From contig NC_068988.1 of NCBI RefSeq assembly GCF_001194135.2, forward strand, positions 46,356,743-46,420,742: a stretch of DNA of 64,000 bases, in the 5' to 3' direction. Position 1 is the first letter of the stretch, and each line of letters begins with the position of its first letter. Shown here piece after piece: positions 1 to 13,230 of the stretch. A model generated the notes under the pieces. It saw nothing but the letters and a program-made list of their open reading frames with translations. It made no database searches and was not told where the DNA came from. The stretch comes from Octopus bimaculoides (taxonomy: Eukaryota). The translations under genes were made by a program, and so were the position numbers.

Positions 1-32
1 TCTATAAACTTTGCTGGTGAAAAAGAAGCAGT

Positions 33-97
<65 letters not shown>

Positions 98-99
<2 letters not shown>

Positions 100-597
100 G
101 GAAAATGAAAAATAATAATAAGGCAGAATGCTAAACTGAAAGCATATTTTAATATAGATGTGTAAAAAGGATTTTTAACCGGCTTTCATTGCATGGCAAA
201 TTTTCAAGAAGAGGGAGAATGAAAATGCTTTTTACAAAAAAGTAAAAAATAATATATAAAAAAATAAATATACCAATACATTATATTGTCTTTGAGCTTT
301 TAAAGTTCAATGGTAATCCATGTAGTTAATAGTTGGAAAAATTAAGATGCATGAAATTGAGAGTTGTGTTTGGTTTAAAAAAAGAAAAGGGACTGAAGGT
401 TTATGTGTTAGCAGGAAGTGTGGTGTCAAAACAGGAAGTGTGTGTAAGGGAAGACAATTCTGTGGGTTTTATACTCTTTAGTTGGAGTTCTGGACTCTTT
501 GTCAACAGGAAGTTTGTCTGTTCCTAGAGAAATATAGTCACTGAGGGGTTTGTGTGTTAAGAAGTGGTTGGAATTTCTCTATGAAAAGATTCTACTT
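98..597 (-). mobile_element. Penelope-like element 3' fragment (GIY-YIG C-terminus plus 3' tail), copy 1
   Basis: The minus strand reads NLFIEKFQPLLNTQTPQ*, the typical I-x-x-x-x-P-x-LN end of PLE GIY-YIG domains, followed by an AT-rich tail with a hammerhead-like motif. A close second copy lies at about 54290-54800, and this copy abuts a (TA)n tract. Confidence 0.7.
173..210 (-). ncRNA. Minimal hammerhead-like motif, U3-A8 core variant, degenerate copy
   Basis: Minus strand: ttc-UUGAAAA-u-uugc/cau/gcaa-u-GAAA-gccggu-U-A-aaa. Stem III has a G.U wobble and stem I has a mismatch at the first pair. Confidence 0.4.
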
Positions 598-984
598 AGG
601 TGTATATATGAATATATAGTTATGTGTACCTACCTAAAAACACAGGTTACACGTATGTATGTATGTTTAAAAGTATGTATTTATGAATGCAGAGCTCTAT
701 TGTTTGTTTCATGTAATAAACATGTATGATATCTATAATGTCTAAGAACATGTCCAGTATATCTTAAGAGAATTGAAGTTAGGTGTTCTGATCATTGTCC
801 CTTCCAAAACAGTATCAGGAATATAAATGTAAAGAAATGTCTTTGTCATTTACTCTAAGAAATAATGACTAATCTCACTTCCATCTTACCATTCTTATAG
901 AAAAGTAAGGAGAAAGAAAATAAATAATCCAGAACTCGTAGGCTGAAGAAATTTTAAAAAGTTCAACAAAATAACATATTATTG

Positions 985-1174
985 ATTTCAAAGTTTGGCA
1001 CAAAGCCAGCAATTTCGGGGGAGAGAGCAAGTTAACTCCCCATACTCAACTGGTATTTGTTTTATTGACCCTGAAAGAATGTAAGGCAAAATATTTTAAC
1101 TTAGAACATAAAGACGGATGAAATGCCACTATGCATTTTGTCTAGCATGTTAACAATTCTGATAGCTTGCCGCC
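985..1174 (-). mobile_element. SINE family A, degenerate copy
   Basis: Reverse complement resembles the family A copies at 5673-5886 and 14874-15090. Confidence 0.65.
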
Positions 1175-1783
1175 ATAAACTATTATATTTTAAATTCTGA
1201 AAATAAAGTAGATTCTGTTAAAGGTATGCAAGGACCAGATGCTAGCAGGATTAATGTGATAGCAAGCACAAATGCAAAAATATTTCTGTCTCCCAAATTC
1301 ATACACCTGACATTGGTTAGACTAGGGTTTAAAGTACACAAGACATGCCCAAGTTGCCACACTGTAGGACTGAGCCCGATGGCCACGTGATAGCAAATGT
1401 CCACCACACAATTTCAAAACTGGAAATTGAAACAGACCTTATTTCAAACTCTGATATTCATGAGAACTGACCTTGTTCTGAGGGCTCCACTTTTATATAT
1501 ATATTTACTTCAATGCAAGTATTTGTGATATAAGCTTGTGTGTATATGTACGTGAATGTATGTGTGATTGTGTGTGAGTATGTGTGTGTGTTGGAGAGGA
1601 CAATGTGGACATACAATTTTTGCCTCAAATTATACAATATACAAGAAATTTCAAGGAAAATTTCGAGGTTATCAGCACATCTCTTACTTGATAGATACTA
1701 ATTCATAATCCTCAACTTATTTAAACAGTGCTTCCCAATTTATCAGCTTCTAGTATGTCAATATGCTTAGATTTCTCACACAG

Positions 1784-1929
1784 AAATAGCTATGGCCACC
1801 ACCAAGAAGTCATCACAACTACAGACACACCTACGCCAAAATATCAGTGATGACTTCTTCAACACCACTGCACAAATGTTCTACCTCATATCTGTTTGCC
1901 ATCTTGTGTCCCCACCAGGCTGTGTTGTT
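1784..1929 (+). CDS. Candidate internal exon of unknown gene (xIAMATTKKSSQLQTHLRQNISDDFFNTTAQMFYLISVCHLVSPPGCVV)
   Basis: Acceptor ttctcacacag, donor GTT|GTAAGT, open phase 1 to phase 0, phase-compatible with 2649-2753. No homology recognised. Confidence 0.3.
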
Positions 1930-2091
1930 GTAAGTTGTAAATCATTCACTACTGAATAACTGTCAGCCTCTTGTCAAATAAGACAATCACTTGGTAATTA
2001 ATTGTTTTATGTTTATGCTGGGTTTAAAGATTACTTAGTGTTTCTAACTTCCACTGGGCATATGTATGTGTATATATATATGTATATATAA

Positions 2092-2151
<60 letters not shown>

Positions 2152-2250
2152 TACATATATATGCACACACATACAAACATATACTGTATACATTACACAC
2201 ATGCACATATATTCATATATGCATATGTCATATACATATGTATGTATATG

Positions 2251-2296
<46 letters not shown>

Positions 2297-2341
2297 TATA
2301 TATATATATGTATGTATATATACAACATATATATATGAATG

Positions 2342-2446
<105 letters not shown>

Positions 2447-2648
2447 GGAGTGAGAGTGATGGGGGAACAAGGAGGGTCCTTAACTTCTTTCTTACTTGTT
2501 TATAGGCTTCTATAATCATCAAATATATTTATTTTAGTCATGCCATGTACCATTAGTCTGCACCAAATCACAAAACTGTACTTTGTACTTCTAGTTGTCC
2601 ACAAGTATCTTCCAAAAGGATCATTTTGAATGATTAATCTTTCTGCAG

Positions 2649-2753
2649 ATATTCGATTGGGATTTGTGGTTAACTTTAAAAGCAGTTAAACATTGGACTG
2701 ACTGCCTTATCGACATGTCTACCCTTGATGCCGATGCCAGATTCATGGACTAG
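2649..2753 (+). CDS. Candidate terminal coding exon (IFDWDLWLTLKAVKHWTDCLIDMSTLDADARFMD*)
   Basis: Acceptor tgattaatctttctgcag; only the phase-0 frame is open, ending in TAG at 2751-2753. No homology recognised. Confidence 0.3.
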   Translation: MFDWDLWLTLKAVKHWTDCLIDMSTLDADARFMD

Positions 2754-4322
2754 AACTGGGTGTGGAAGGAAAGAAGAGGACTATATTAATATAATGGAAT
2801 TAATGTGGTGTAATAGCAAGCAATGATACTGTTTCCAGAGAGTGAGAGGAGACAGAGAAGGAATAGGAGGAGGGAGAAGAAAAAGAGAAGGTGCTGGTAG
2901 GAATAAGATTCGTCACTGCACAGGCAGGAGGTTATAGGAAGTTGACCAGAGCAGTTTTCAGATGTGATAAATAGGAAGGACATTGGCATTTTGGGATTAA
3001 CAGTTTTGTGAAAGTATTTGCCAAATCTCTGGTTACAATACCAAATAAGCCACCCAATTATTACATGATTTATGTATGTGTCTATGTATGTGTGTGTGTG
3101 TGCATTTGTGAGTTTGTGCTTGTGTGTGTGTGAGTGTGTGTCTGTCTGTGCGTATTGCAGTGTATGTATATCACACATATGTATATGTATGCATACTTGA
3201 TGAAAACTGTATTTCACTGCATGAGCATGATCTATTTATTTATGTATGTGTCCGTGTGTGTGTATATATATACATATACTTATATACACATACATATATA
3301 TATGAATATATATATATATATATATATANNNNNNNNNNNNNNNNNNNNNNNNNNNNNNNNNNNNNNNNNNNNNNNNNNNNNNNNNNNNNNNNNNNNNNNN
3401 NNNNNNNNNNNNNNNNNNNNNNNNNNNNNNNNNNNNNNNNNNNNNNNNNNNNNNNNNNNNNNNNNNNNNNNNNNNNNNNNNNNNNNNNNNNNNNNNNNNN
3501 NNNNNNNNNNNNNNNNNNNNNNNNNNNNNNNNNNNNNNNNNNNNNNNNNNNNNNNNNNNNNNNNNNNNNNNNNNNNNNNNNNNNNNNNNNNNNNNNNNNN
3601 NNNNNNNNNNNNNNNNNNNNNNNNNNNNNNNNNNNNNNNNNNNNNNNNNNNNNNNNNNNNNNNNNNNNNNNNNNNNNNNNNNNNNNNNNNNNNNNNNNNN
3701 NNNNNNNNNNNNNNNNNNNNNNNNNNNNNNNNNNNNNNNNNNNNNNNNNNNNNNNNNNNNNNNNNNNNNNNNNNNNNNNNNNNNNNNNNNNNNNNNNNNN
3801 NNNNNNNNNNNNNNNNNNNNNNNNNNNNNNNNNNNNNNNNNNNNNNNNNNNNNNNNNNNNNNNNNNNNNNNNNNNNNNNNNNNNNNNNNNNNNNNNNNNN
3901 NNNNNNNNNNNNNNNNNNNNNNNNNNNNNNNNNNNNNNNNNNNNNNNNNNNTATATATATATATATATATATGTATATGTATGTATGCATGTATATATGC
4001 ACACATATATATGAATATACACAAACACATATAGATGAATATTTGCAGCATGTAGTTCGCATGCTCAGAAAAATGATGTATGTGGAAAATTTTAATAATT
4101 TTACTTCTTAGTGCTCAATACATAAAGAGCACTAAGTGTATTCTATACAGTTTATATCTATAATTGAGCAGCTAATAATTTATCATTGTATTAAGGTTTG
4201 ATGGGATTCTTGAAGTTTCATCATATAACCATCAGTTGTCAATAAGGCCACTCCTTACTTGTTGTAAGGTTAATTCATATATAATCATGTAATTCACATG
4301 CTCAGAAATAGTAAATAATATT

Positions 4323-4363
<41 letters not shown>

Positions 4364-4364
4364 T

Positions 4365-4405
<41 letters not shown>

Positions 4406-4448
4406 NNNNNNNNNNNNNNNNNNNNNNNNNNNNNNNNNNNNNNNNNNN

Positions 4449-4505
<57 letters not shown>

Positions 4506-5285
4506 ATGGAAGCAATTTTCGTATCAAAACATTCAGCTACAATGAACACCCAAACAACATACAACTGTCACAGAGAAGATAAATTTCTTTATTAGACGCA
4601 CAGGGCCAAACACAGAGGTGACAAAATACAATGTAGAGCTTTTTTTTCGAAAATAGGAAAGGAGGAAAATAAAATTCTGATCAAAAGGGATCGTATAAAA
4701 AAAATTTTTTTTTTAAAGATGCAAAACGAGGAGGTAGAACATTAAAGGCAAAAATATTAAACTGGTGATACTCAAAGTCTTTAACAGTCAAATCTTGGCA
4801 GGAAAATCAACAAAAAAGGACGTTATACAGAAGCCAACATCTCCCCGTATCCTGAAGATGAAGCTGAGATAACATGAAAACAGAAAATGAATTTGGAAAC
4901 TTCATTGTTCCACATGAATTAAAAGTGTTTGATATGAAATGGTCCTGACAAATATAAGAAAGGCTAAATTAGGGCATGTTAGTTTTTTAAATATGTCATG
5001 CTTTAAAGAAAAGGTGTTCCTGTATATACAAATGAGTGTATGTTTAGATATACAGTTTTGCATCTATGATTATTCCCATTGTGGATCTAAATGTTAATGA
5101 TATAGGTAAAAAGAAGAAAAGGATTTATCGCTTGGGTCTTTATGCGTTATTCAATGTTCACCTTTGACTCTTCTTACTTAACTACACTTCATTGTTTACC
5201 TGGATATTAATTTACAAAAATACCTGTGTGCCTTTTTCCTCCACCATAAAATCAAAATAACCCTTCAACCAAAGACACTCTTGCA

Positions 5286-5584
5286 CAGTGGTTCCCAAAG
5301 TGGGTAGTGCTGTCCTCTTTGGAGTGGTGGAAAGATCCAATGGGGGGAGGCGTTGAAGAAAAGTGAGGCAATACTGGGATGGTCACATGGGGGTGATGGA
5401 TGTAAAAGAAAGAGAAACCCCAAAATAATGGGTTGATTAGGTTAAGTTTTATTTGTGAAATACGGTTGTTTTAAATTTGCTACAAAACGTAATATAAGTA
5501 TGTGGTGGTGAGTGGAGAGGGACGCTAGGAATGTTGCCTGGGTGCCAAGTGGGTGGCAGCCTGAAAAAAGTCTGAGAATCACTG
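5286..5584. mobile_element. hAT-Charlie-type MITE
   Basis: Imperfect TIRs cagtggttcccaaag and gtctgagaatcactg. The right flank ttctagaa matches the Charlie NTCTAGAN target consensus; the left flank ctcttgca is a 5/8 match to it. Confidence 0.7.
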
Positions 5585-5672
5585 TTCTAGAAACACTTAT
5601 AACCTCTATCCTAATTTCGTTTTTTGAACTGGCGGCTTCCTATCAGACATCATTACTATAGTGTCTGCTGAA

Positions 5673-5886
5673 GGCAGTGAGCTGGTAGAATCATTAGCAC
5701 ACTGGATGAGATGCTTAGCAGTATTTCACCCGTTGCCATGTTCTGAGTTCAAATTCTAATGAGGATGACTTTGCCTTTCATCCTTTGGAGGTCGATAAAT
5801 TATGCACCAGAGATACACTACAGTCGATGTTATCGAATTGTCCCCCAAATTTCTGGCCTTGTGCCTATAGTAGAAAGGATTATTAT
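5673..5886 (+). mobile_element. tRNA-derived SINE family A with tail type 1
   Basis: A-box-like gagctggtagaa, B-box-like gagttcaaattc, body and tail ggccttgtgcctatagtagaaaggattatta. Multiple copies occur in the window. Confidence 0.85.
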
Positions 5887-6022
5887 AGTGTTTGCCAGAA
5901 GTGTATTCTTCTCCCTCTTCGTTTTCTTCTCCCTCTTTTTCTTTTTCTTGTTGTTGTTGCTGTTCTTTTTTTTCTTCTTTTTTTCTTTTTCTTGTCATTG
6001 TTGTTGTTGTTGTTGTTGTTGT

Positions 6023-6069
<47 letters not shown>

Positions 6070-6772
6070 TTCTTCTTCTTCTTCTTCTTCTTCTTCTTCT
6101 TCTTCTTCTTCCCCCTCCTCCTTCCTCCTCTTCTTTTTTCCTCCTCTTCTTCTTTTTCTTCTTCCTCCTTTTCTTTTTCTTTTTTCTTGACCTCCTCCTC
6201 CGCCTCCCCCTCCCCTCCCCATCCTCCCCTAGTTTCTCATTTGGATACTGAACACTGCATTCCAGTCTTGCTACTGCTGTCAGGAATGTCCNNNNNNNNN
6301 NNNNNNNNNNNNNNNNNNNNNNNNNNNNNNNNNNNNNNNNNNNNNNNNNNNNNNNNNNNNNNNNNNNNNNNNNNNNNNNNNNNNNNNNNNNNNNNNNNNN
6401 NNNNNNNNNNNNNNNNNNNNNNNNNNNNNNNNNNNNNNNNNNNNNNNNNNNNNNNNNNNNNNNNNNNNNNNNNNNNNNNNNNNNNNNNNNNNNNNNNNNN
6501 NNNNNNNNNNNNNNNNNNNNNNNNNNNNNNNNNNNNNNNNNNNNNNNNNNNNNNNNNNNNNNNNNNNNNNNNNNNNNNNNNNNNNNNNNNNNNNNNNNNN
6601 NNNNNNNNNNNNNNNNNNNNNNNNNNNNNNNNNNNNNNNNNNNNNNNNNNNNNNNNNNNNNNNNNNNNNNNNNNNNNNNNNNNNNNNNNNNNNNNNNNNN
6701 NNNNNNNNNNNNNNNNNNNNNNNNNNNNNNNNNNNNNNNNNNNNNNNNNNNNNNNNNNNNNNNNATATATAC

Positions 6773-6806
<34 letters not shown>

Positions 6807-6823
6807 ACATACATATATGTATG

Positions 6824-6870
<47 letters not shown>

Positions 6871-7209
6871 AGTCAATTCAAATAAACAATCAATAAAAGA
6901 AAATGGATGATAAAATTAACGGACAGCAAGAGAACGTGTACAAGGAATGTATTAACTTGACACTTGGTAAAAAGAGAGAGTTTGATGTTTCATTGAAAAA
7001 GAAAAAGTCCAAAGAATGAAAAGAAATCTCCAGCAGTACGTGTGTATACACACACACACACACACACATATATATCATATGCAATTTACTGTTCTGTAAT
7101 GGTAAGATCAACAAAAAAAGTATTCCTGGTGAGAGAAAAATATTAATTAATAAACACAGCGTATATTTTTATGAACTACTAATAGTTTCATGTGAAAAAA
7201 TCAACTCAG

Positions 7210-7665
7210 ACTGCATTTAGTAACACGTTTGGTGCCTTCATGCAATCCTTGGGCTCTGCTTACATGGCATAAGAAGCTAAGCAGGACACTAGGCATTTGC
7301 ATCTCACAAGATCACAATGATGGACAATAGTCAACACATTCCTTATGATTGTCTGCAGAGAGATCACGTGGGACCCAATTTACAATGAGTGATTGTATAG
7401 CTCACGGCAAAACCTGTGCCTAGCTTTCAAACGGTAACAGTCAGGCATGCTTTAACAGTGGCTTCCATTGCATTAGTATCCAACCCCTTCTCTTGATTCA
7501 TCCTGCAGGTTGTAGTCCCCATTTCTGAATTGCAAAGACCATCTTCTGCATGTTTGTTTTCAGAGACTAACTGTTTTAGGGTGATTCTGTGGATGCACTT
7601 GCATTATTTCCTATTCATAAAGAATAACGTGATGACTATGTTCTTTGCTTGGATTGAACATAGTA
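7210..7665 (-). mobile_element. mariner transposase relic (N-terminal HTH to WVPHEL region)
   Basis: Minus-strand peptides KEHSHHVILYE, RRWSLQFRNGDYNLQDESREG and NWVPRDLSADNHKECVDYC (WVPHEL motif), with frameshifts and stops. Confidence 0.85.
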
Positions 7666-8848
7666 CCAATACAACTTCAATTATAATTAAATAGAAAAAA
7701 TCTGAAAGAAAATGATATATTAATGATTTCGTCATATTTCAAATAGAATTAAGAAGTTAAACACCTTTAAATGTAAATAAATATTTACTAAAATAAAAGA
7801 AGCAGAAAGAACTGTCATTACAACCTGATACTTGAGTTTTGTGCTCATGCAAAAAATTTTAATTTGTTTGAAATAAAACGAAGTTTAATCACTGTATACG
7901 ATCATTTTGAAGGCAACTGGGTTTGTATTCTGAGATATCTTCTCCCATTTTCTTTACATCATTTGTGTTGCAAAAAAAAATTTGTTCAATTTCTTATCTA
8001 ATATACAATAGAGCTTTTATATACATACTTAAACACACACACACACTTACAGTTTTATCAAAGCTCAAAGTTTGTCTCATGACTTGAACCTCACATGGCA
8101 AGGACTGATCATGTTTATATGCATGTTATGCATGTATGTACTATGTATGTATATGTGTATGCATCACAGTTGATATTATATATATAAGTAAATGTAGGGA
8201 TAAGCAAATTATATGGAGAATGTCTGGATCTTGTCTATTAATTATATAGATGCATACACACACATATAGGTGATTTATTTAACTAGAGATGAAATGTTTA
8301 ATGTTTGAGTAAACCATTTTATTTAAGATTCGTAAGCGATCATGCATGAAAAGGTAAAATCATAACAGTGAAATGAATGAGTAAAGGAAATAAGTAAATG
8401 AAAAAAATAAATAAAATAAATCAGTGGTGAAGTAAGATCAAAGAAGAACAAAGTAAGAAGAATGAATGCAAGAGTAATCATTCCTTCACGTTAATCTAAG
8501 TAAAAACGTCCAGATCATTATGATAAAAATCTAAATAAGTGGGTCCACAAAATAAGTCAAATACTAATGAAAGCAACAGAACCTCACTCATAAGACAGAG
8601 ATTGTAAGAGAAGCATGATCTGGTATAATTCACCGTATAAGGGACATTTCAAAACCTTTATAGCTTACAAAGAATAAAAAGTTTTGAATGGTACAACAAT
8701 GCACTACAATACAAAAAAATGGTCTATATACCTATTGTAATTTAGTTATCCATAGTCTGATGATATTTCGGAATACAATTCCCTCTTCAGATATTCTTAG
8801 ATGGAGTCACTGCTACAATTGGTTTTCCAACAGCTTTTCTTTTTCCAG

Positions 8849-8958
8849 AAGTGTCTCAGCAGTGGTCTCATGAAACTCCTTCCGGAATTCCTCATGAGAA
8901 GAGGTCAGCTATGTCTCAATCTCATGTGTGTTGGTACATCTGTAGCGCTGCTTCTAAG
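8849..8958 (+). CDS. Candidate exon of unknown gene (two open frames: KCLSSGLMKLLPEFL... or xVSQQWSHETPSGIP...)
   Basis: Strong acceptor cttttctttttccag and donor AAG|GTATGT; 110 nt; third frame closed. Confidence 0.35.
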
Positions 8959-9074
8959 GTATGTAATATACGGGCAGCTTCCTTTTTCCCCCTTTTCTTT
9001 TCCTCTTCTCTTTTTTTTTGTTATGAACAATAGATGAGCATATCAAAAATGAACCTACATGCATCCAGATGTAG

Positions 9075-9680
9075 CTAAATAATATATTGATTACCAACCT
9101 CCAGCTTGTTGTTAATTTGGGGAACTATTATATGTATGAGTATAGCTTCCTTAATTCTTAAATTACCCAAATTTCTTTCATTGGGCTTAATTGTGACTGT
9201 TATGCTTTTGTCGGTGTTCTGGCATCTGTCTAGATGTTTTCTGTAGGAAGAGGCTCTCGTGTTCAGATGTTCCTTGATGCGGACATGTACTGTGCTACCC
9301 ACATAAAACTTGATGCATTTGTTACATTGTATTCTATACACAACATTTACGGGTTGGAATAAATCTGTGTCATGGATGGGACAATTTGTTAATGTGCATT
9401 GATTGCTGTCCCTTGTTCATTTCTTTGCTAGGTGTCCTCTCAAAGAGGGGCCAGGGTGGGCTAGTTGTATTCTAGCCCTTCTCTTCTTATGACTCTTTGG
9501 ACGGCTGTAGTTATTTTCTCGCTAAAATGGGGTATTTTAAGGAAGCATGTGTTGCTGGGTTTTCTATGTGTTCGGCGTGTTGGTCGTCTTGGGTACTTAA
9601 ACTGATTAACAATGGATCTAGCATAGCTTAAACTTTCATTCGACATCTTGAAAAACATTTCCCCAAAAATCACGTATGCC
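9075..9680 (-). mobile_element. Penelope-like element fragment: RT thumb/linker plus GIY-YIG endonuclease (pseudogene)
   Basis: ORFs 9461-9682 (FLKIPHFSEKITTAVQRVIRREGL) and 9075-9341 (YRIQCNKCIKFYVGST..RIKEH..RIKEAILI..PQIN) are typical of PLE GIY-YIG domains. Confidence 0.9.
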
Positions 9681-10583
9681 ACAAGCTCTTAAATATCAAA
9701 AACATTTTGTGATTCATCACACAAAGCTTTTCACAAATCATAGTTTCTGCCTGACAAATAAAACTAATAGAACATCCAGATAACTTCAGTTCAAATAACT
9801 GCAAGTGCTACAGTAGAAAATGTCATACCTAGGACAGTGTTTATTGTGTTAGGGCTAGCACTTTATATAAACTACATATCTTATCCTTCCCAATCCTGCA
9901 ATCTACTCAAATATTCTTCAGGCAATTCTTCTTTTAAAAACCAGTCCATTACATGTTTTCTTATATAATGAACTAACTGTAAAAGACTTCAAAAACAGAT
10001 ATAACCAGCAGAAATGCACACTTACTCAATATAATCATAAAACCCATCTGAATACATTTGAAAACTGAAGACTTCTAATATCTTGTATAACATCTTATGA
10101 AGGCCTCTCCTATGCTAAATCAATTCAACACAACAAAACTTTGTCTCCCTTGCACCACTGAGTCTTATGAAAATTTATTTAAAAAAAAAATAAGGCTGCT
10201 TACTAAACATTATGAACTAATTCTGCCGAATAGGTTCCAATCTTACAAAATCGAAAAATACACTATAACATAAAAATTTACATATATATAAATCTTCCAT
10301 TTCTCCCACCAATTCCAACAACATGATAGTTACTATATTTGCTTTTACTAGGTTACAAAACCGTGTTCACGTATCTATATAATACATTTGATCTTTTCTT
10401 CATATAGGCAATAACTAGTTCCATAATTATTAATCATACTCTACTCAATATTTGCGTGAATATACATATTACTTTATATGTATATTTACATGCATTCCTG
10501 CATTATGTATGCCTGTAATTGGGTTTGTTTATGAGAATATATATTGATGCAAATGTTTATATATATATATATAAATGGACAAA

Positions 10584-10671
<88 letters not shown>

Positions 10672-11344
10672 TATATATATATTATTATTATTATTGTGTT
10701 TGAATTATGCCGTACATGCAGCTCTGTAGTAAAAGAAAAATTACCAATACAACATACTTAATGTATGTTTGTAGTTGAAGAGCCAGAGGCTAAGCATATG
10801 TTATATTCATATATATTCATACTCACATACACACACACACACACACACACACGCAATTGTATGTTTTTGTATGTACATATATATTTTATGTGTGTTCGCA
10901 TATACATGTGTGTGTGTGTGTGTGTGTACTATAATCCTGACTGTATTGTGCATGCCCTTATTTAGTTCTGTATACGAGGTTTCCAATTTGCACATACATA
11001 TACTGGCTGAAGAAATTTAAGTAATATTACTTAAAATACCAGTTTACTATGCTATATATATGTTTAGTTTAAAATGTATCAATATAGATTTACATTAAAT
11101 TTATTGCACTTATATATGTAAAATAAAAATATATACTGCACTTGATAAGACGGGCATACATGCAAGCGGTTATAGCTATGTTCTGCTATGTATTTATATG
11201 TATGTTTTAGGCTAATTTTAGAGTTGTATACTGAAATTATAATTTAATAAATGTTCTTATAACTTATTCCCTATTTTCCATTTCAATGATCATATGCATA
11301 CACACTATATATATAAAATTATAATATCTTATATATATATATAT

Positions 11345-11359
11345 AGATCGGAAGAGCGT
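11345..11359 (+). other. Illumina adapter contamination at contig end
   Basis: AGATCGGAAGAGCGT, the start of the TruSeq adapter, immediately before an N gap. Confidence 0.9.
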
Positions 11360-11369
11360 NNNNNNNNNN

Positions 11370-11407
<38 letters not shown>

Positions 11408-11904
11408 TATTAGTTTTCAAATGATATTAAATCTTAATATCGCATAGTTCATTTTATGAAATTACATTTGAAAAATCTTAAACTATATTCCATGCCATTT
11501 GTACAACACCATTATGGCTTATAAACTCCACATAAATAAAGAACTTAATGCACTCACACTTATATGTAAACATACATAAACATATTGACACATCACATAT
11601 GGTCATTAGAACTTAAACTTTTAAACATACTCACACATCAAACTAAATATCTGGCAATATTAGATTTTATCTCCCTTCACTATCAGGCTGCATACTGAAA
11701 ATTTGGACTTCATATTTCCACTGTCCTGGCTTTGATAAAATTAATACCAGTACTACACACTGTGTGGAGGTTGGTGGTAGAATCTTTAAAAAAAAAACAC
11801 AGATGTAATATATTTAATTATTTTGTGATAAAGTTGGAAATGTTAAAATTTTGATGGTGGTAACTTTGTAAGCTGCTTTCCATTATTCAGCTTGTACTGG
11901 TATA

Positions 11905-12556
11905 CAGGGCATTCAGAATAAATTTGATGATATTTTACGTGTTCTTTTCCCACGAACAGCTTGATGCATCGGAGAGCATAAAGATTAAAGCTCTCGTTGA
12001 GAAGATGTTAGCTGGCCATCTGATATTGGAACTAAGTTACCTGTATCGTGATGATATGCTCCAGGTATCAAAATGTCAATAACTTTTCTGCTGCTCAATG
12101 CTCTCTGAACACTGCAAAACCTGTAACATGTGACACAGGCTGCTGTAATGGAGACTACAACACTGTAGTCATTGAGAAGGGATGCATTGAGACTGGTCAA
12201 ACCGTAGTGGGAAATTTTTGCTTTTGGATACCATATATGTGGCAGCAGAATTTATTCCTACTCAGTCAATGTTCAGTTGTTATTCATAAAACTTTATTAA
12301 AATAATAACTGACAATGTGGTCAAAGAGAAGGAATGCAGCAGTTCTGTCTGTGGCTGCATGCCAGAGTTCCCCACCTCATATCTTTGAACATGGTTTTAG
12401 GCTCAATTCAGATAGCTCTGTGAATCTACTTGAGACTGGTCAAACCATGGTGGGAAATGTTTGCTTTTGGAAGGCCATATATGTGGCAGCATAATTTGGC
12501 TCCTACTCAGTCAATGTTCAGTTGTTATTCATAAAACTTTATTAGAATAATAACTG
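11905..12556 (+). mobile_element. Tc1/mariner maT (DD37D-like) deletion derivative with duplicated right end
   Basis: TA then cagggcattcagaataaa left end. Peptides AAQCSLNTAK..NGDY, MPEFPPHIFEHGFRLNSD..LLET and VKPWWEMFAFGRPYMWQ resemble the maT MPPHIFE..LRLN / VKPW..GRPYVWQQD motifs. A ~125-bp block is present twice. Confidence 0.75.
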
Positions 12557-12637
12557 CACACATCAGGTATAACTCAGATGTGAACACAAATTTAAATATA
12601 CAGAATGTATTAAAGTATTTCAATATACAAACAGCTG

Positions 12638-12820
12638 AAGGGAGTGATCTGGCAGAATTGTTAGCAAGCCTTTACATGCTGAGTTCAAATTCAGCTAAGG
12701 TTGACTTTGACTTTCTTAATTTCAGGTTTGATAAAAAAAAAAGGTACCAGTTTAGCACTGTGGTAAATGTAATTACCGTACCCCTCCCCACAAACCGCTG
12801 GCCATTTGCTAATATTTGAT
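12638..12820 (+). mobile_element. SINE family A, degenerate copy
   Basis: gatctggcagaattgttagc..ctgagttcaaattc..gttgactttg..gtaccagt matches family A. Confidence 0.7.
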
Positions 12821-13168
12821 TTGAAACTAATATACATACAACTGTGTGTATACTCATAGAAGCACATAACAATGTATATGATGACTGTGATACAAAATAA
12901 TTCTTTAATAATCTTTATACATAAATATATATATACATATATATTTATGTCTATACATATCTATGTATGCAGACACACACATACACATAAGCATATACAC
13001 ATATATGACAGCGTATATAAATATTTGTGTCTGTGTGTTTGTAGGTGTATGTGTGTTTGTGTATGAAGCTGGGATTGACTATTGCTATTTGTTCAATGCA
13101 TTGGAATGACTCACCATCTACATACATATAAACTGTGCAATATATATGGCCTATTACTGATGTTAGAA

Positions 13169-13230
<62 letters not shown>

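Noticed and set aside
3124-4111. Long ORFs of 250-385 aa spanning N runs (also 5756-6885, 19560-20746, 22738-23831)
   Set aside because: Their length comes from assembly gaps translated as X.
9690-10400. Possible eroded plus-strand Penelope RT adjacent to the minus-strand PLE
   Set aside because: Only vague motif hints; nothing I can support without BLASTX.
11960-12064. Apparent 105-nt exon LDASESIKIKALVEKMLAGHLILELSYLYRDDMLQ
   Set aside because: It lies inside the left end of the maT-like transposon and overlaps the transposase start in another frame, and the donor GTATCA is mediocre. Exonisation is not excluded.
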